Of a stretch of 64,000 nucleotides of DNA, positions 63,631 through 64,000 are shown piece after piece. Source of the stretch: a virus; IMG/VR virus record IMGVR_UViG_3300048909_000330, positions 598 to 64,597 of that record. The stretch is one strand, 5' to 3'. Within the stretch, counting starts at the first letter, position 1; each line of letters starts with the position of its first letter. Under the pieces are notes generated by a model that made no database searches, was not told where the DNA came from, and saw only the letters and a list, made by a program, of their open reading frames with translations. Both the position numbers and the translations under genes were made by a program.

Positions 63631-64000
63631 GCGCATTGAACATAGGCGGCGTGACGACCGTTCAGGTTGGAATTTTGCCTCCAGCCGCTCAGGCGCAAAT
63701 CACAGCCATCAAGACAACGGTCAACTCTGTGGCCCAGTCGGCTCTGCTGCAATGGGCCTATGGCAATACGTTCCAACTTGTTTCGTCGACGCGCGATAGC
63801 AATGGCGCAATCGTGACGGCGGACATCGTCTGGCCTGACGGCTCGACGGGCACATTCACGACCGATGTCGCAAGTACGGATTTCCCCGGCGCAATCGACG
63901 CCTGGCATGCAACGTACGTCAATAACGGCGTCACGAAAACGATCACGCAACCAGCGGTGACGCGAGACGCAAATGGAGCCGTCACGGCTCAGCCGGCCAT
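63627..64000 (+). CDS. Tail-fibre-like protein, N-terminal part (runs off the right edge)
   Basis: Hand-translated MSALNIGGVTTVQVG...TRDSNGAIVTADIVWPDG. Confidence 0.65.
   Translation, partial: MSALNIGGVTTVQVGILPPAAQAQITAIKTTVNSVAQSALLQWAYGNTFQLVSSTRDSNGAIVTADIVWPDGSTGTFTTDVASTDFPGAIDAWHATYVNNGVTKTITQPAVTRDANGAVTAQPA

Larger units (their letters stand above)
1..64000. mobile_element. Temperate myovirus-like (pro)phage, nearly complete; both ends lie outside the window
   Basis: Integrase, cI/cro switch, replication, Q, terminase-portal-capsid, sheath-tube-baseplate and endolysin in lambdoid order. Confidence 0.97.

Overview
Almost the whole window is one temperate tailed phage or prophage. 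It runs from inside the integrase at the left edge to inside a tail-like gene at the right edge. The host is probably a GC-rich betaproteobacterium of the Burkholderiaceae (inference). The layout is lambdoid. Leftward early arm (1-15.8 kb): int, xis-like, ASCH, Ead/Ea22-like genes, an N4/N6 MTase, a two-frame C5 MTase, SSB, a YqaJ exonuclease and an ERF annealase. Immunity region: pL, higBA, cI, cro, with shared 17-bp operators. Replication and nin region: initiator with iterons, DnaB, a second C5 MTase with a nested ORF, HNH nucleases, DUF4406- and DUF5664-like nucleotide enzymes, NinB and a Q-like antiterminator with pR'/tR'. Late operon: a contractile-tail (myovirus) set with a NUDIX-protease-scaffold fusion, antisense morons and a lysis pair. 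Strongest leads: (1) a three-way-junction plus pseudoknot RNA motif in three diverged, covarying copies directly upstream of late-gene ribosome-binding sites (31575, 43466, 48400); (2) two C5 methyltransferase genes that each contain a +1-frame nested protein with its own RBS, one supplying the missing motif IX plus four WPTP repeats and the other starting with a beta-clamp-like QLSIF motif; (3) late beta-rich, tailspike-like proteins with Sec-type signal peptides and paired cysteines; (4) several densely structured non-coding stretches. No CRISPR array, tRNA, rRNA or reverse transcriptase was seen. All family assignments come from motif recognition by eye, not from database searches.
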